A DNA stretch of 64,000 bases from positions 32,436 through 96,435 of the forward strand of contig NW_003314450.1 in the NCBI RefSeq assembly GCF_000143415.4, read 5' to 3'. The translations under genes and the position numbers were made by a program. Positions 46,598-59,934 of the stretch are shown one piece after another. The notes beneath the pieces are model-generated. The model ran no database searches and was not told the origin of the DNA. It saw nothing but the letters and a program-made list of their open reading frames with translations. Source of the DNA: Selaginella moellendorffii (taxonomy: Eukaryota > Plantae > Lycopodiophyta). Each line of letters opens with the position of its first letter. Position 1 is the stretch's first letter.

Positions 46598-47031
46598 GGC
46601 GGCGATGCGAGGCGACGGCGGCGGCGGAGTGGCAGCGGCGCCTCGAGCAGGAGGCGATGGAGTGGCGGCACCGCCTACTGCTGCCGCTCGAGCGGCGGAA
46701 CGAAGGGCAGAGGGCGCTAGAGGGATCCTCAACCGCAGCATTATCGCCTAAACCAAACCAAGGAGGAAGAGACAGTAGCGCCGTGGCTTAACCCAATGCC
46801 AATCAAAATGGGAGAAAGCGACTATAGGGTTTTAGGGGTTTTAGCCCGAGATATTATCTAGGGTTCTTACGCTTTTAATCTCGGCCGTCCACCGCCTGGA
46901 TCCACGGCCAGGATCGTCCTCCGGCTTGTGCTGGCCTCTGGCCGCCCGATGAAGATAAGGGCTTTGGAAAATATCTGGCTTTCAAATTTCGAATATTCCT
47001 CGCGGGGGTTTTAGGGCTTTTTAGCGCGGCT

Positions 47032-48608
47032 ATGGCGTTGCGCTGCGCTCCAATCGCCGAGCGCCCAGGTCTGTCTGCGCGTCAGTCGATTTTTCGTGTT
47101 CTAGGTCGTGGCTCGAGGAGGATTGGTGCAATTCGGGATTCCTTGGCGTTCCCATACGAGAATGTGGGCGACTGCTTGCTTTACACTGCTCCAGACGCGA
47201 TGGCGAGGAAGAAGAAGCCCAAGGCGCTTGTTCAATTCCTTGGGGGGGCATTTATCGGCGCTGCTCCAGAGCTGACTTACAGGTAGAAGAATTCTTCTAG
47301 TCTTCCCTTGCGAATAGTTCTTTTGTTTTCGTGTCAGCTATTTTATTGAGCTCCTTGCGAAGCAGGGATTCTTGATCATGGCAGCTCCTTACAACGTTAC
47401 TTTCGATCACGAGTTATGTGCTCGACGAATTCACGGCAACTGGAGCTCGTCTTTGAATTTGCTTGCACAATCGGGCTGCGAATTGTTTGGGCTCTCTCCA
47501 AGTGATGTCGCCGAGCTTCCAGTGATAAGTGTTGGTCACAGGTATGTCTATCTGTTTGCATTGTTTCTGTTCGTAAAGACTTTCCCTCCTTCTCTTGCTC
47601 ACAGCAACGGGGCACTCATGCAGGTTTTGATAGGAAGCTATTGTATAGACGAAAAGCTTCCAAAGGTGAGATTTTTTTTTTCCTTTGCTTCTGTATTTCT
47701 GGTAATGACATGGTTCTAACACTAACAGGCCAGTGCAATAATCTCTTTCAACAACAAGCCTGCGGTTCAGGCTGTTCCATTTTTTGATCAGGTCTTTCTC
47801 CGAGCTACATTTTGATTGATTGATTAATTTTCCTCCAGTTAGGACCGACCTTATCCTCAGTAGCTCAAGGCTCACCCGTGATGGCCTTTGCGGAATTTTT
47901 AACAGGTAATATATTTTTTCTCCACAACCTCAAGCTGGATGGCTGGTTGTAGAGGAGACAATGAAAGCCATAGCGGATCCACCATTTCCTTTGCCACCGG
48001 GCATAGAGCGAGAAAGTCTGGAGCCTGTGAGGAGATTTATTCAACAAATTCCGTCTGTCTTCGGTCAGGTTTTTACTCTTGGTTTTTATTTCTTCAAAGT
48101 TCTTCTCATGTTTTAAAGTTTGACAGGTTGCTGATGGAGTCTCCGAGTTTAAACCCACTCCAGAGCAAAACAGAAGCTTAATTTCCAGCAGTTACGCAGT
48201 TTCTCATACTCTCCTGGTAAGAAAAGTGTTTTTTTTTCCCTGCCATTGGTAATCAATCACTTCGTCAGGTGAAATTCTCCGTGGACACTATCGACGAGAC
48301 TGATTCTCTCGAAGCCCTGCTAAGACCGCAAGTAGACAAGATTGGAGGCACGCTCAGGAAGATGGCCTTGACTGGAACACACGCAACACCACTCTTACCT
48401 GTAAGTCTCCCAGGATTTCCAAAGCTACGAAGAAACGAGCCTCAGGCCTTCGTTTTCCCAGGATTTGAAGCTAGAACCAGGAAAAATCTACACTCCGGTC
48501 GATGCCGTGAGCCAGGCAGTGAGAAAAGCCGCTCTCGCAGACGTAGAGAACTTGGCGAGAAAGATTGGAGACTGGTTTGAAGAGCTCCGAAGTGATGCTC
48601 TTCTTTAG
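47032..48608 (+). CDS. DUF1350 family (alpha/beta-hydrolase-like) plastid protein, multi-exon
   Basis: KPKALVQFLGGAFIGAAPELTY, VGHSNGAL, VKFSVDTIDETD, LTGTHATP. Confidence 0.85.
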
Positions 48609-49087
48609 AGCTTTCGTGGAAATCCCTTTGCCGTGCATTCTTTGAAGAGAATTTTCTTACCTCGCAGAGAAAACTCAATCTGGTGGAACTTTTCTATTAG
48701 GCTATTAATTAAGATAAGCAAATGCTTGGTCAAGCCGGGGCATAAAATATCAATATCGTCCTCCATTGCAGGAGATTCCGTCCCTTCCGGATGACGTGGC
48801 AGCTCTTAAGAGAGATGGAATATGGTGTATCGTCCAATGCTCCTAGTTAGAAGCGTCTTCTAGGTCTGGTAGAGCCAGTGTACCACTGCGCTAGGGTTTT
48901 CGTGCTCGCGCTCTGGAGCGTGGCGCAGCGCCTACGGCCGTAGCCGCAGCTCAGATCGAGGAGATTTTGGCGGCCAGCTGCCATGCGGAGCCCAGCGCCG
49001 AGGCCGATTCGCCGGGCAATCGCGTGGATTCACCGGTTTTGCTTGCTGGATGACACTTGAGGGGGAAATTTCATGCCGCGGTAAGCC

Positions 49088-51626
49088 ATGGAGGTGGATG
49101 GGAGTGAGAATGGGTGCGACGCCAATGAGGCTATGGATTGGGCGCCCCATCAGCAGCATAGGAATACCAAGCAGGAAGTTCTTACTGAGATTCTCCAGCG
49201 TCTTGTAGAGGAGGGTCACGAGGAAGCCAGTGAGCCAGGCTTCGCTGATGAGCTGCGTGCTCACTTTGCTCGTCTCCCTACCAGGTAGAAAGTTTTTTAC
49301 ATGGTCTGGAATTTCTGTTCTTGGGTTTGAGAGGGAGATCGTTTCTTCCTTGCAGGTATGCTTCAGATGTTAGGAAAGACAGGGCCCAAGTCGTGCTCAT
49401 CCATAAGAAAATGTTGGAGGAAGCTGAAAATCCAAAGAATTTGCCTGTTCTATATGTCCGAGCTGTGTCTGTACGCATTGCTTGCTTGTCTTTCCTTCTT
49501 TCCGTTGTTAACTCTTTTCGTGTTTCTGTAGGTCGAGAGGCCTGATGCGAGCTCCATGAATTCTTCTCCAGCTGATTCGCCATCATATTCACCGTCTTCT
49601 AAGGCAGAGTAAGGATTTAGTTGACCCATGCGCTTGTTGTTGATTTCTCGTTCTTTACAGTTCTCACTCTCCTCCTGCCTTTGAAGGAAGACTTCTCACC
49701 CCGACGAGCAGCATGTGTTCCACGTACGTAAATACTATACGCATTTCTATCGTTGATGCGATTGAAACCCGTCATTGCAGTCCAAGGATAGGAGACATGC
49801 AAATGCACGAAGTGACATTTTCTACTGTTGATAAACCAAAACTTCTTAGCAAGGTTAAGATCTTTTCAGAGTTTGAACTGCCGTGATAATATTTTGCTTG
49901 CAGCTCTCCACGATACTTGCAGACGTAAACCTGCATGTATGGGAGGCTCACATATTTTCTACAATTGATGGTTACTCTCTTGACGTTTTTGTAGTATATG
50001 GCTGGCATACCGAGGTAGGACCGCCTGATCGAAACTCGTAACTTCAGAGCCAAGATCTTTGGCTTACAGAGTTTTGCACTTGCTTCCTAGAATATCAAGG
50101 ATTTAGAACAAGCACTAAGAAACTCCGTCGCCTGTATGGAGGTTAGTTTGTGCTCTTGAGTTTTTCTTGGATCTAACTTTACCATACTTCCTGCCAGGAA
50201 GGGGTGTGGCTGCGAAGCTCGCCATCGACATCGCCATCTGTATCACCATCGTCTTCACCCGACTCAATCATTGCACCGCAAGCGGGAACTAATGGGTGGA
50301 AAATACCTTTGGACGCTCCTGATGATTGGGAAATAGATTCCAGCCAGTTGAAGCGCATTAAGAAAATTCTCCCTTCTTCAAACGGTGACATGTACGTACA
50401 TAGTAAAATTCTCTTTCACGGAGCTAATTCTGCCACAGATACCGAGGTACATTTTGTGGCCAAGACGTTGCAATCAAGGTTATCAAGCCAGAAACTTGGA
50501 CCGAGCATTTGCAAGAGTTTGTCCACGAGATTGCTATCATGCGGTACGCTGATTTCTCTATACATTAAACTCTTATAGGTTTGGTTTCAGGAAAGTCAGA
50601 CACAAGAACATCGTACAGTTTATTGGTGCATGCACAACACCTCCAGATCTCTGTATAGTGACGGGTTAGTACTCGAATTGCATTTAACGTAACCTCTGAT
50701 AAATTAATTTGTTTCGTGCAGAATATATGTCCGGCGGGACTGTGCATGACTACTTACAGAAACAAAAAGGCAATCTTCACCTCTATGTTCTGCTGAGAAT
50801 TGCCTTAGACATTGCGAAGGGCATGGACTATTTGCATCAGAACAACATCATTCATAGAGATCTTAAAGCGTCCAGTTTACTCATGGATGAGAATGGGGTA
50901 TGTTGCAGTTCTTCTAGTTATATGCTCCACTGAGGTTTTTTCAGGTTGTCAAAGTAGCAGACTTTGGTGTCGCTCGTATTCAAGATCAAGATGGAATAAT
51001 GACGGCTGAAACAGGAACGTATCGATGGATGGCTCCGGAGGTATTGTTGCCTCTTGTGTTATAAGTTCTCAAGTTCTTTCTGTTTTATTGTTTCAGGTAC
51101 TTGGACACAGTCATTACGATCAGAAGGCGGATGTGTTTAGCTTTGGCGTGCTGCTGTGGGAATTGCTAACAAAGAAGGTGTGTCCTTTTCCTTTAAAGCG
51201 TAGCGTGCATAAAAGATGGTTATCACTGCTGCAGGTTCCCTACGAGCTAATGACACCATTTCAGGTTGCTGTCGGAGTACTCCAGGAGGTAATCTCCGAC
51301 ATTCCCTGAGGCTGTGTATGCTTACCCTCTGCATGTGTCACACATATAGGAACTAAGACCAACGATCCCTCAAGATGCCCATCCAAAGTTCTCTCAGCTA
51401 CTTGAGTGGTGTTGGCGAACAAATCCTGCTGACAGGCCTGACTTTTCCGAAATCACGTTGGTCCTAAAGGACATTATGTCGGAGGTGAGTCGGGCACTCA
51501 AAACTGTTTTAACACTGGACTGATCACGCAGCTTTCCAGATTGAAGAATCCTCTCCGAGAGAGAGAAGCAAACAACCACAAGCGCTTGGATTCTTCTCGT
51601 TGAAGCGCGGTTCCAAAGTTTTGTAG
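49088..51626 (+). CDS. ACT-domain Raf-like kinase (STY8/17/46 family), multi-exon
   Basis: [75 protein letters not shown]. Confidence 0.9.
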
Positions 51627-51968
51627 CATCTTTCTTATTGACGCCCCTTGCCTAGGTGGAAGATTGGTGTGGCCGGTACTTGCCTTCGTCTTGGGGTACC
51701 TAGCACGTACGTTCTCTTCCTGGTTTCTTGTAGATATTAACGCTGAGTTTGTATTTCTATGCCTACGGAGAAATGCTATCTGAGTTTAAGATCTGAGTTT
51801 GACGTGGCTATAGATATTCCGAGTTGGCTTGCTGACGGGTACAGAGTAGGGTCTTAAAAGGGAGCGAAGAGCAGAGGTAAATTTCTAGTGGGCAGCATTC
51901 GTTTGGCGTCTTTGTTTTCCAGACTGACTCTCAGCGCATTCTTATGTTTCAGGCAGTAGCCTCGAGGA

Positions 51969-52878
51969 ATGGGGGCTCTCGCAGCACAGTCTTCACTCGC
52001 AGCAAGCGTATGTTTGATCTTACTTTGGCTTCGTTTGAACTTTTCTTGACTTGGCTTTGCAGGTTCAGAGTTTTCGCTACCAATTCAGTCAGGATAGACG
52101 AATTCCCCATGATTCAGCGTCTACGTTAGCGCCCTCCAGAGTGTCGTTGAGAAGGGTCGGTTTCGCTCGTAGAAGCACAGATGGGACAACGGAACCGGGT
52201 ACAGGTAGCAATGCCAGGGTAGAAGAGGAACAGGAAATCTCTCCCAAGGTCGCCATCTCGAGCCCGTTTGCCGGTGGGAAGATATCGTCAAGGCTTGCAG
52301 CTGGAAAGGCGGTGCAGCAGCGAGAGATTGCCAAAACAACACCAACCTCGAGCTCTTCCTCGTCGCCACCTTCGGTGCTCGACTCCTCGGATTACAGCAA
52401 GCGATTTCCTAGCCCACCCGCGTCACCTTTCTCCATAAAAAATGGAGGTTCCGTCTCCAGCGACAAGAAGGTCCCAGCTCCAACTTCGAGCTCCGTGGCC
52501 AAGCCATCGACTACAAAAGCGTCGAAAGCTTTTCCAGCTCCAGCCATTTCCAGCCCCTTCGACAAGAGTCCCCTGCAGACTCCCCCGCGAAAGAGGAGCA
52601 CGGGAGACATTGACGAGCGGATCCTAGCGTCGAGGAAGGAGATCTTGGACACGCTGTGGAAGGAGAGGCGGCAGCAGCCAAGGATGGTGAACGCAGCACC
52701 GGCGGACATCTTCGACGATCCAAAGCCTTCCGAGTCTGACAAGGAGTACAAGTTTGAGCTCATCAGGGGGACTCGTCCCATCGTTCTCATCATCTCCTTC
52801 TCACTTATTGCGGCTCTCATGTTTGGGACTGCATTTGTGGCGTGGAAGCTTGGAGCTTTCCACTACGATGAACTTTAG
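51969..52878 (+). CDS. Uncharacterised probable plastid membrane protein (Ser/Pro-rich, C-terminal TM helix)
   Basis: Two exons; transit-peptide-like N-terminus; tail IISFSLIAALMFGTAFVAWKLGAFHYDEL. Confidence 0.7.
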
Positions 52879-53262
52879 CTCAAAGTAGAAAAGTTAAAGT
52901 CAATGCAACTTAAAAATTTACTACTTAGAAATATTTAGTTGTTTAAATTAAAATGAATTTCACTTATTTCAAATGAATAAATTTCGTATTTCAAGCCAAG
53001 GCGAACAGAATGGAAAAGCTCCAGGCACTTAGCTCGTCACCGGCAAAGAGAAGAAAAGGGAAAAAGAAAAAGAAACCTGGAATCTGCTACAGAAAATGAA
53101 CAGCAAACTCGACTAGCCGAAGTGGAAGCTCGTGCTGATGCTCAAGTTGTAAACATAACTAAGGTGTATGTTGTCGATCGAGAGGACGTTTAGACATATA
53201 GAAAACAGCTTAAACAGTTTGTTAAATAAAATTCCAAACCCTAAACCCAATAAGAGTTGACA

Positions 53263-54540
53263 ATGGCGATGGTGCCTCGTTTCATACCGACAAGGGGAGG
53301 GAGAACCCGAGCAGTAAGCTCACGGCCGCAGAGCTGGCCCAGGTTTGTGTACCGCCACCGGTCTACGAGGACGGTAGTGTCTTCCCAGGAAATTCCAAAA
53401 GCATCCACACGGATTTTGCGTCAGCCTCCTGGGCGCTGGTGCAAGACTTCTCGAAGCAGCTGCCAAGCACGGGCTCTTTCTACTCCAAGCCCGACATCAC
53501 CGTGGAGCCCATCTCGGACGTGTCGGGTTTGGCTATGGACCTCCAGGACGGTTTGCATCGCCTGGGACGAAACATCACTGCATTCTCTGCTCAAAGCGTG
53601 GTGGGCTGGCCGGATATCTGCGTGGAATGGCGAGACAGGGATGATGCTCCGGCTCTGCTCGTGGGTATTGTGGAGCTCGATACTTTGCCAGCGTTTCCAC
53701 CGTCGCGTATCCGGGAGGACTTGGTCTCGTCACCGGCATCACAGTTTTGGCCGGCGTTGAACCGGCTGAGGGAGATCCTGGCTCTGTCGCGGGGCCTGCG
53801 TTATGGCTTCGTGACAACGAGGAGAAAGTACTGGTTTTGCTACGGTGACGAGACTGTGCTGGCCCTGTCACTGCCGGTGGAGGCCGAGAGCGTCACCTTG
53901 GCTTGCTTCTGGTACCTCATGGCTCTGTCCGAGGAAAAGGTGGTAAAACCCCCAGAAACTTTGGGGAATGTAGGCCGCGTTACTGATTTCACAGGCATGA
54001 AACACGCGATGAAGGCCATGGTGAAAGACCTTGCAACGACGCTAGATGGTAGCAGCACTGGGGACCAAATCCATGAGGAACTCAAATTTTGGTCGAGTGG
54101 AGAGTTTGAGCTGGGGCGCAGGCTTTACAAATTCAACTGTGACATACTCCATGCTAAGGTGCGTAACGGTGGCGACGAAGTGGTGCTCAAGATCCGGGAC
54201 CTTGGGAGCCATCGGAGCTGCTTGAGGGATTGTCAAGGAGATTTTGGCATACATGAAGCTACTGAGTATCCAAGGCCGTGCCATACCACAGCTGAGGAGC
54301 TATGGGTTTATGTGTGGTGGCATGTTTGCTGTGCTTGTGCTGAGGTATGGTGGCTAGCGTCGCGATTTCCATGCTCTCGACGCTGCATCAGCTGGACGAG
54401 AAGCTGCTCGAGCCCTGAATATGATCCATCACCGTGGCCTTCTTCACAATGATGCTCGGTGGTGGTGAGAAGTGAGGAGCCTCTGCAGGTGACCATTGTT
54501 GGACTTTCTCAAGCCAAGCCTCCTTTTACTGCTAACGGTT
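53263..54540 (+). pseudogene. Frameshifted REase-fold + atypical kinase gene (Crinkler-like architecture)
   Basis: PDI..LLVGIVELDT..LRYGFVTTRRKYWF, then VVLKI, then frameshifted KEILAYMKLLSIQGRAIPQLRSYG, stop, ALNMIHHRGLLHND. Confidence 0.6.
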
Positions 54541-54649
54541 TTACTGGAGAATATTAAGGATCAAGACAAGCTGTGGAATGACACTTCAGGAAGCCAGGGA
54601 AGGAAATAGCGTTGACGATGACATTAATGACGTTGATGATGATTACACT

Positions 54650-57050
54650 AGAATTTCTTTTAATTAAAATAAAAAAGTAGAACTTAATTTAATTTAATTA
54701 AGATTTAAAAGAAAGAAATAGTTTGATGAATAATTGAATTAATTAATTATCATTTATCAATTACCTTTATATGCAAATCCATCAACAATGTAACATATTA
54801 TAGGTGGCTTGCACACATAAAATTTCTAGCTGTCCCAGTGAGTGAAAAAAAGTCTGATTGTTACACACAAGATATAATATACAATAAAAGAATTGATAGT
54901 ATAACATAATCAATTTCGTTTAGGATTAACTTATTGAAGTTTGCATCAAGAATCAAAATGGCAAGCTTGGTTTGGCAAATTAAAATAGTAGATTTTTCAT
55001 CTGGTAGCAAGTTTATTACATCTCTAATCCATCTGCTTGTAATTTATGAGAAAACTCATTGTAAGTGGCAAGCTAATGAAAGAACAATCCTTGGATGGAA
55101 TGACATTTCCAAGCAGCAACCAATAGGAATTAGACATGACAAACTTTCTTATAGTGTATATGAATGTAAAGTGTAAGAGATGCTCAAGAAATTTTCTAAA
55201 ACTCTGTATAGCTTTAAGTGTTGCAAACGGCTGACATTTTCATCCACAGTTCTTTCCTAGCTCGAGCTACTGTTTTGCAGGGACACACTCACACTGGAAA
55301 GAGAAGTGGATCATTTGCCCCATGCTCAAAATATCTCTAGTTTTTTCTTCTTGGTTTTTCTATGCTACTAGAACACTCCAAAAGCTTCAAGAGCAACACA
55401 TGTGACATTTCTCATTTGCATCTTGTTAAGGAGCTCTAAAATAAATTTTTGATAGGATCACAGTCACACAATGTGCAGCATTACTAAAACTCTTAAAACT
55501 CTAACCTTATTAGCATTAAAACTTGAATATAAAACTGATCTTAAAAATAATAATCCAATTGATCAATATTTATAAACATGTTTATAGTTTATAAATCAAA
55601 ATTACATATCCTAGAATAAACAAGAATATACTACAAAGTGTTTAGAGAAGTTTATCAATTATAAACATTTTTATAAACTATAAATACTAGATTAATCTAA
55701 ATGAATAACAACCAAAGAATATCTAAGCATTTTCTAGGTATATCCATTACCATCCTACGCAAATAAAAAATAGAGAAAGTTTAAAGTAAAACTGAAGAAT
55801 ATCCTAAATATACCTGGATATTTTAAGAAAACACAAGGACTACATATTAAATAAAATGTGTCAGGATAAATATATTTTTATATAAATTATTATATAAAAT
55901 TTAATATTATATCAAATTCTAAATATTTCATTATTCATCTTTTTAATTTTAATTAATATTAAAATAATATAGATGTGCTAAAATTTTACCAAACTAAAAA
56001 ATGTCTTTATTCCTAATAAATAATATCAGATCCTAATATTGAATTTATTTTTAGAAAAATAATTTAATAATAAATAATACTTTCATTTATAAACAACAAA
56101 AATGTAAAGTTTATAGTCAAGTTGGTTGTGTATTTCCAGTTTTGAAGTGTCTTAAAACTATTCAAATTAAAATTTTAGTTATTTATGTCTCTTTATAAAT
56201 ATAAAAAGATTATATAGAGCAAATTAGGTTTGAGATTGTTTTTCTCAATTATAAATATTTGTGAAAAGACACTCACCCTATCCTAAATCTTCATAGTTTA
56301 AATAAATTAACTTGGATAAATTTTTATTCTAAAATTTTTTACATTTCTATTTACCAATTATGTTTTCTAAATATAAGATAAAAGTGAAACCTTATAAGTG
56401 ATATATGATATAAGATAAATGCAAAATTGTTGCAATATGTTACTATAGCATTATTTTCCATAATTATACTTAAAATTTATATTTTTAACATTTTTCACGT
56501 AGCATTGGGTTGAAATATTTTATTTCTATCTTTATAAGAAAATAAAATTTAAAAATATGAAAATGATATTTAGTCTTTATTATTCTCAAGCTAGTATTTA
56601 CCTACTTTCACTAACAAAACACCAAGGTTAAGCACAATACAAAATAAATTGCTATGCATTGCACATAACAATGCTTGGTTTGCTTAATAGTAGTGTTATT
56701 CTTACTTATTTATCCAACTGATCATATACACTTTATAATTATAAGCATGTTTGTAATGTATAAACACAAGATTAAAATGATAAAATAAAAAAGAATATAC
56801 TAGAAATGGTTTAAGAAAGTTTATAAATTATAAATACAAGATTAATCTAAATGAATAACAACCATTACATGGTAGAATATCCTAGAATATTCAAGCATAT
56901 TCTAGATATATTCCCTACAAGTTTGCTTGAGCAAACCAAAAATTATTTCTTTAGTACATCCTCTAATCTGTATGAATAAAAAAAAGACACTATTGCTAAC
57001 ACCACTCAATTTCTACATGTTTAAACTATTAGATTGAGGAATTAACAAGA
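54650..57050. repeat. AT-rich decayed repetitive/TE-derived region with dispersed direct repeats
   Basis: ttataaa.tataaatac.agattaatctaaatgaataacaacca at ~55671 and ~56821; CpG almost absent. Confidence 0.55.
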
Positions 57051-59934
57051 GTTTGCTCCCATGCATCTTGTCTTCCATGGAGCAAGATGTCATACGGGAA
57101 TTCAAGTGATGGTGCAAGCGATTGGAGGAATTTCAAGATGAGAGTAAGGATGCAGAAGGCCGTGAGACTCACACACCAAGCCGAGCGGCTTGACGTGTGG
57201 AGAACATGGACACCGGAGAGTCATTGTGCAAACTTGACGCTTGACTGCTTTGTCAAATGTTTCACCACCTTTTCGAAAAAAACTTTACGACTGTTAAGCG
57301 CCTTTCTCTCGCAAAGGATGTTGGTTTTGTAAAGAAGACGAACCAATGTCAGCTCTGGAACTTTTCCAAAACAAAAATGACCCTTGCTAAAGTTTGCATT
57401 CTTAAATTTCGAAAGAAAAAGTCTGCATGACTTGTATGAAGTCGTACAAGTTTGTCTCTTGGTCCTCACGCTCATGTATATAGATAAATTTATACATAAG
57501 AAAAGGTGGACGCGGAGCCGCACCATCATCACCAGATTCACAGTTTATATTCCCTCGTTTTCTCGCTGGCTGCAGCACACTGAGCGCAAAATCTAAGCCC
57601 CACCACGGAATTGCCCAGCCACGGCATTTGTACGCAGCACCAGAGATATAAAACTACTCAAGGGATCAAATTCAAAGAGCCACGGAAACTAAAGAAATCG
57701 CGAAACATTTACCAAGAGGAAACGGAGAAAGACTGCTCTGCTGCTATAGCCTGGGCTGCACTGCTTTTCATGGTCTCTCTGAGAAAAATAAAAATTAGAA
57801 TATATAAAAAAGTACAGGAAAAAAGTATGCACGTAGTTCCAGCCCGGATGATCCCAGCCGCTGCTTGTGGGCCTCCAACGGCCGAGATGCATCGTACCCT
57901 GCACTGACCGGGTGAATAGATTTGAGAGGATCCAACGTCTACATCGCGTTTCTCTTTCTCCACCGAAATGGATGGATTTTACCACACTTCCCCATAAACG
58001 AAAGCTCCATGTATCATCGCGAATCGATACATACCAGCCAAGGACGTGGGATTCATGTGAGAATCTAGTGCTGGTTTCTAGAGACGAGGAGTAAAACCCT
58101 GCGCAGGGATGAGATAGATTTCGTATTTGCTTTGTTTAGTTCGAAGGTAAATGATTATCTTTTTACGAAACCGTGATACGGATATATATATAAAATTTTG
58201 CATGGTCTTTTTTATTATTCTTATATTCTTTGTTGTGTTGCTCGGTATTCTCACGCGGCTAGCCAGGGGCTGCCGCGTCAAGTGCTTTGCTTGTCACTAC
58301 AGTACAGACACAACCACGACTCCACTATGCATGAAAAAAATAGGGACAGAAAAGAGCTGAAAATTGTGTGCCTTTTTTCTTGTCAAAAAGGAAGAGAAAC
58401 ACCCAAGATTTTTCTCTGGTTTTGGAGAGCGTATTTTGTGGCCCCATCTATATGACAGATCTCTCCAAACAAGAGAAGAGCAAATGTTATCCAGGCTTAA
58501 CTTAATCCATCCAAAAAGAGTTACTTAGCACTTAATAGCATTTACGAGTGTGTCCAGAGCAGTCGTGATCACAAATGGCAGGATAATCCGTCTCCATATG
58601 ACCGGGGTCATACAAAAGACAATATGTATAAATTAAGATAAATGCTCTAAAAACTTTTTAACTAAGTGTAGCCACTGTCCTTTATTCCAACCTATTGCTG
58701 GATTGCGAGTTCATCTCGGGCCCCAGATCTTTGCAGGGCACCAGATAGAAAAAACAGTAATTTATATACCATCATTATTATTATCATTTAAAAATAAAAA
58801 AACACACATAAACTTGCATAGAGTGCCATGTTTAAAAATTTCTCCCCCTGGTGGTGGTAATCATGCACCCAGAACATAAAAATTTACAAAACTCTTTGGA
58901 GGTGGGAGAGGAAGTCTTAAGAATACTTGCTGTTTAATAGTTGTCCAGTGAGAACCCGCCTCCATACTCGAGACAACTGCTAAGGCCTGCAATTTACTGG
59001 AAGTCCCTCTCAAGCTCATTTTTGAAATATATGTGTATATATAAAAAAAACTTATTTATTTTGAGAGCTACCGTTTTGTATTTGGAGCCGACCCGAATGT
59101 TTCAAACCTATTTGTATTTTAATCAAACTAGAGAGCATTCTAAGCGTGTCCACTGATTAAGACAGGTTTAAAAACTATTTCGAAGAAATCACAGCTTACC
59201 ATTTCCATTGCTGCCGACCTTGTGGTTGCCAAAAGAAAAAATTGCATCGCTCCTCTTCGCGCCATGTGGATTGCTTGAAGCAAGAAAAAGTTGGCAACTT
59301 GTCGATCAACTGGGGGGAAAACTTGGCCCATTCATATAGCTTTTCTATATGAAAATCTTTTCCTTGGATTGAAACGAGTGAAGGTTGAAATACTCTTCAC
59401 TCTCTTTTTTCGTTTATAAAAATTCAAGAGCAAAAGGCAAAACAGTAGTGTATTACGGCAAGAAACCACGTACCGTTTCAACAGTTTTGGCATCCCGTTT
59501 CGGTCACACAGTGCTTGAATTAATATGAATCAAGGGCTGGTTTTTGTTTTGTCGTCCTCTTGTCGCGCCCTTCGCTCCCTTTCTTCGCTGTCTAGTGTGT
59601 GGCATAGCTTGAAAGGATCGCGCAAACAAACGCGCTGTTCTTTCCTTTGCTATCTTCCACTGTGAGCAGCAGCAATCTATGTAGCATCGCTTTGTAGCCT
59701 TCATAGAAGTCATCAATCAGTCGATCCCAGTGAACGAGTTGTCACGCACACGTCGGAAGGCAACGCGTAAGTTTTTCTACCTATAATCTCTTGGAAAACG
59801 CTTTAGAATTTGTAGATGGTTCTCCCTTATCACTTGTCTTCTTCTTTCTTTTCTTGGGACGCTACTCACCTAGTCTTTCCCATGAACAGAAGAATGCCGC
59901 TGAGGCCTCCTCCCAATCACCAAGATGAGGAGCA

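Noticed and set aside
46825-47016. Telomere-like tagggttt motifs
   Set aside because: Isolated telo-boxes typical of plant housekeeping promoters, not an interstitial telomere array.
57060-58460. Short ORFs upstream of SCR
   Set aside because: No domain signatures or convincing exon structure; likely promoter/intergenic.
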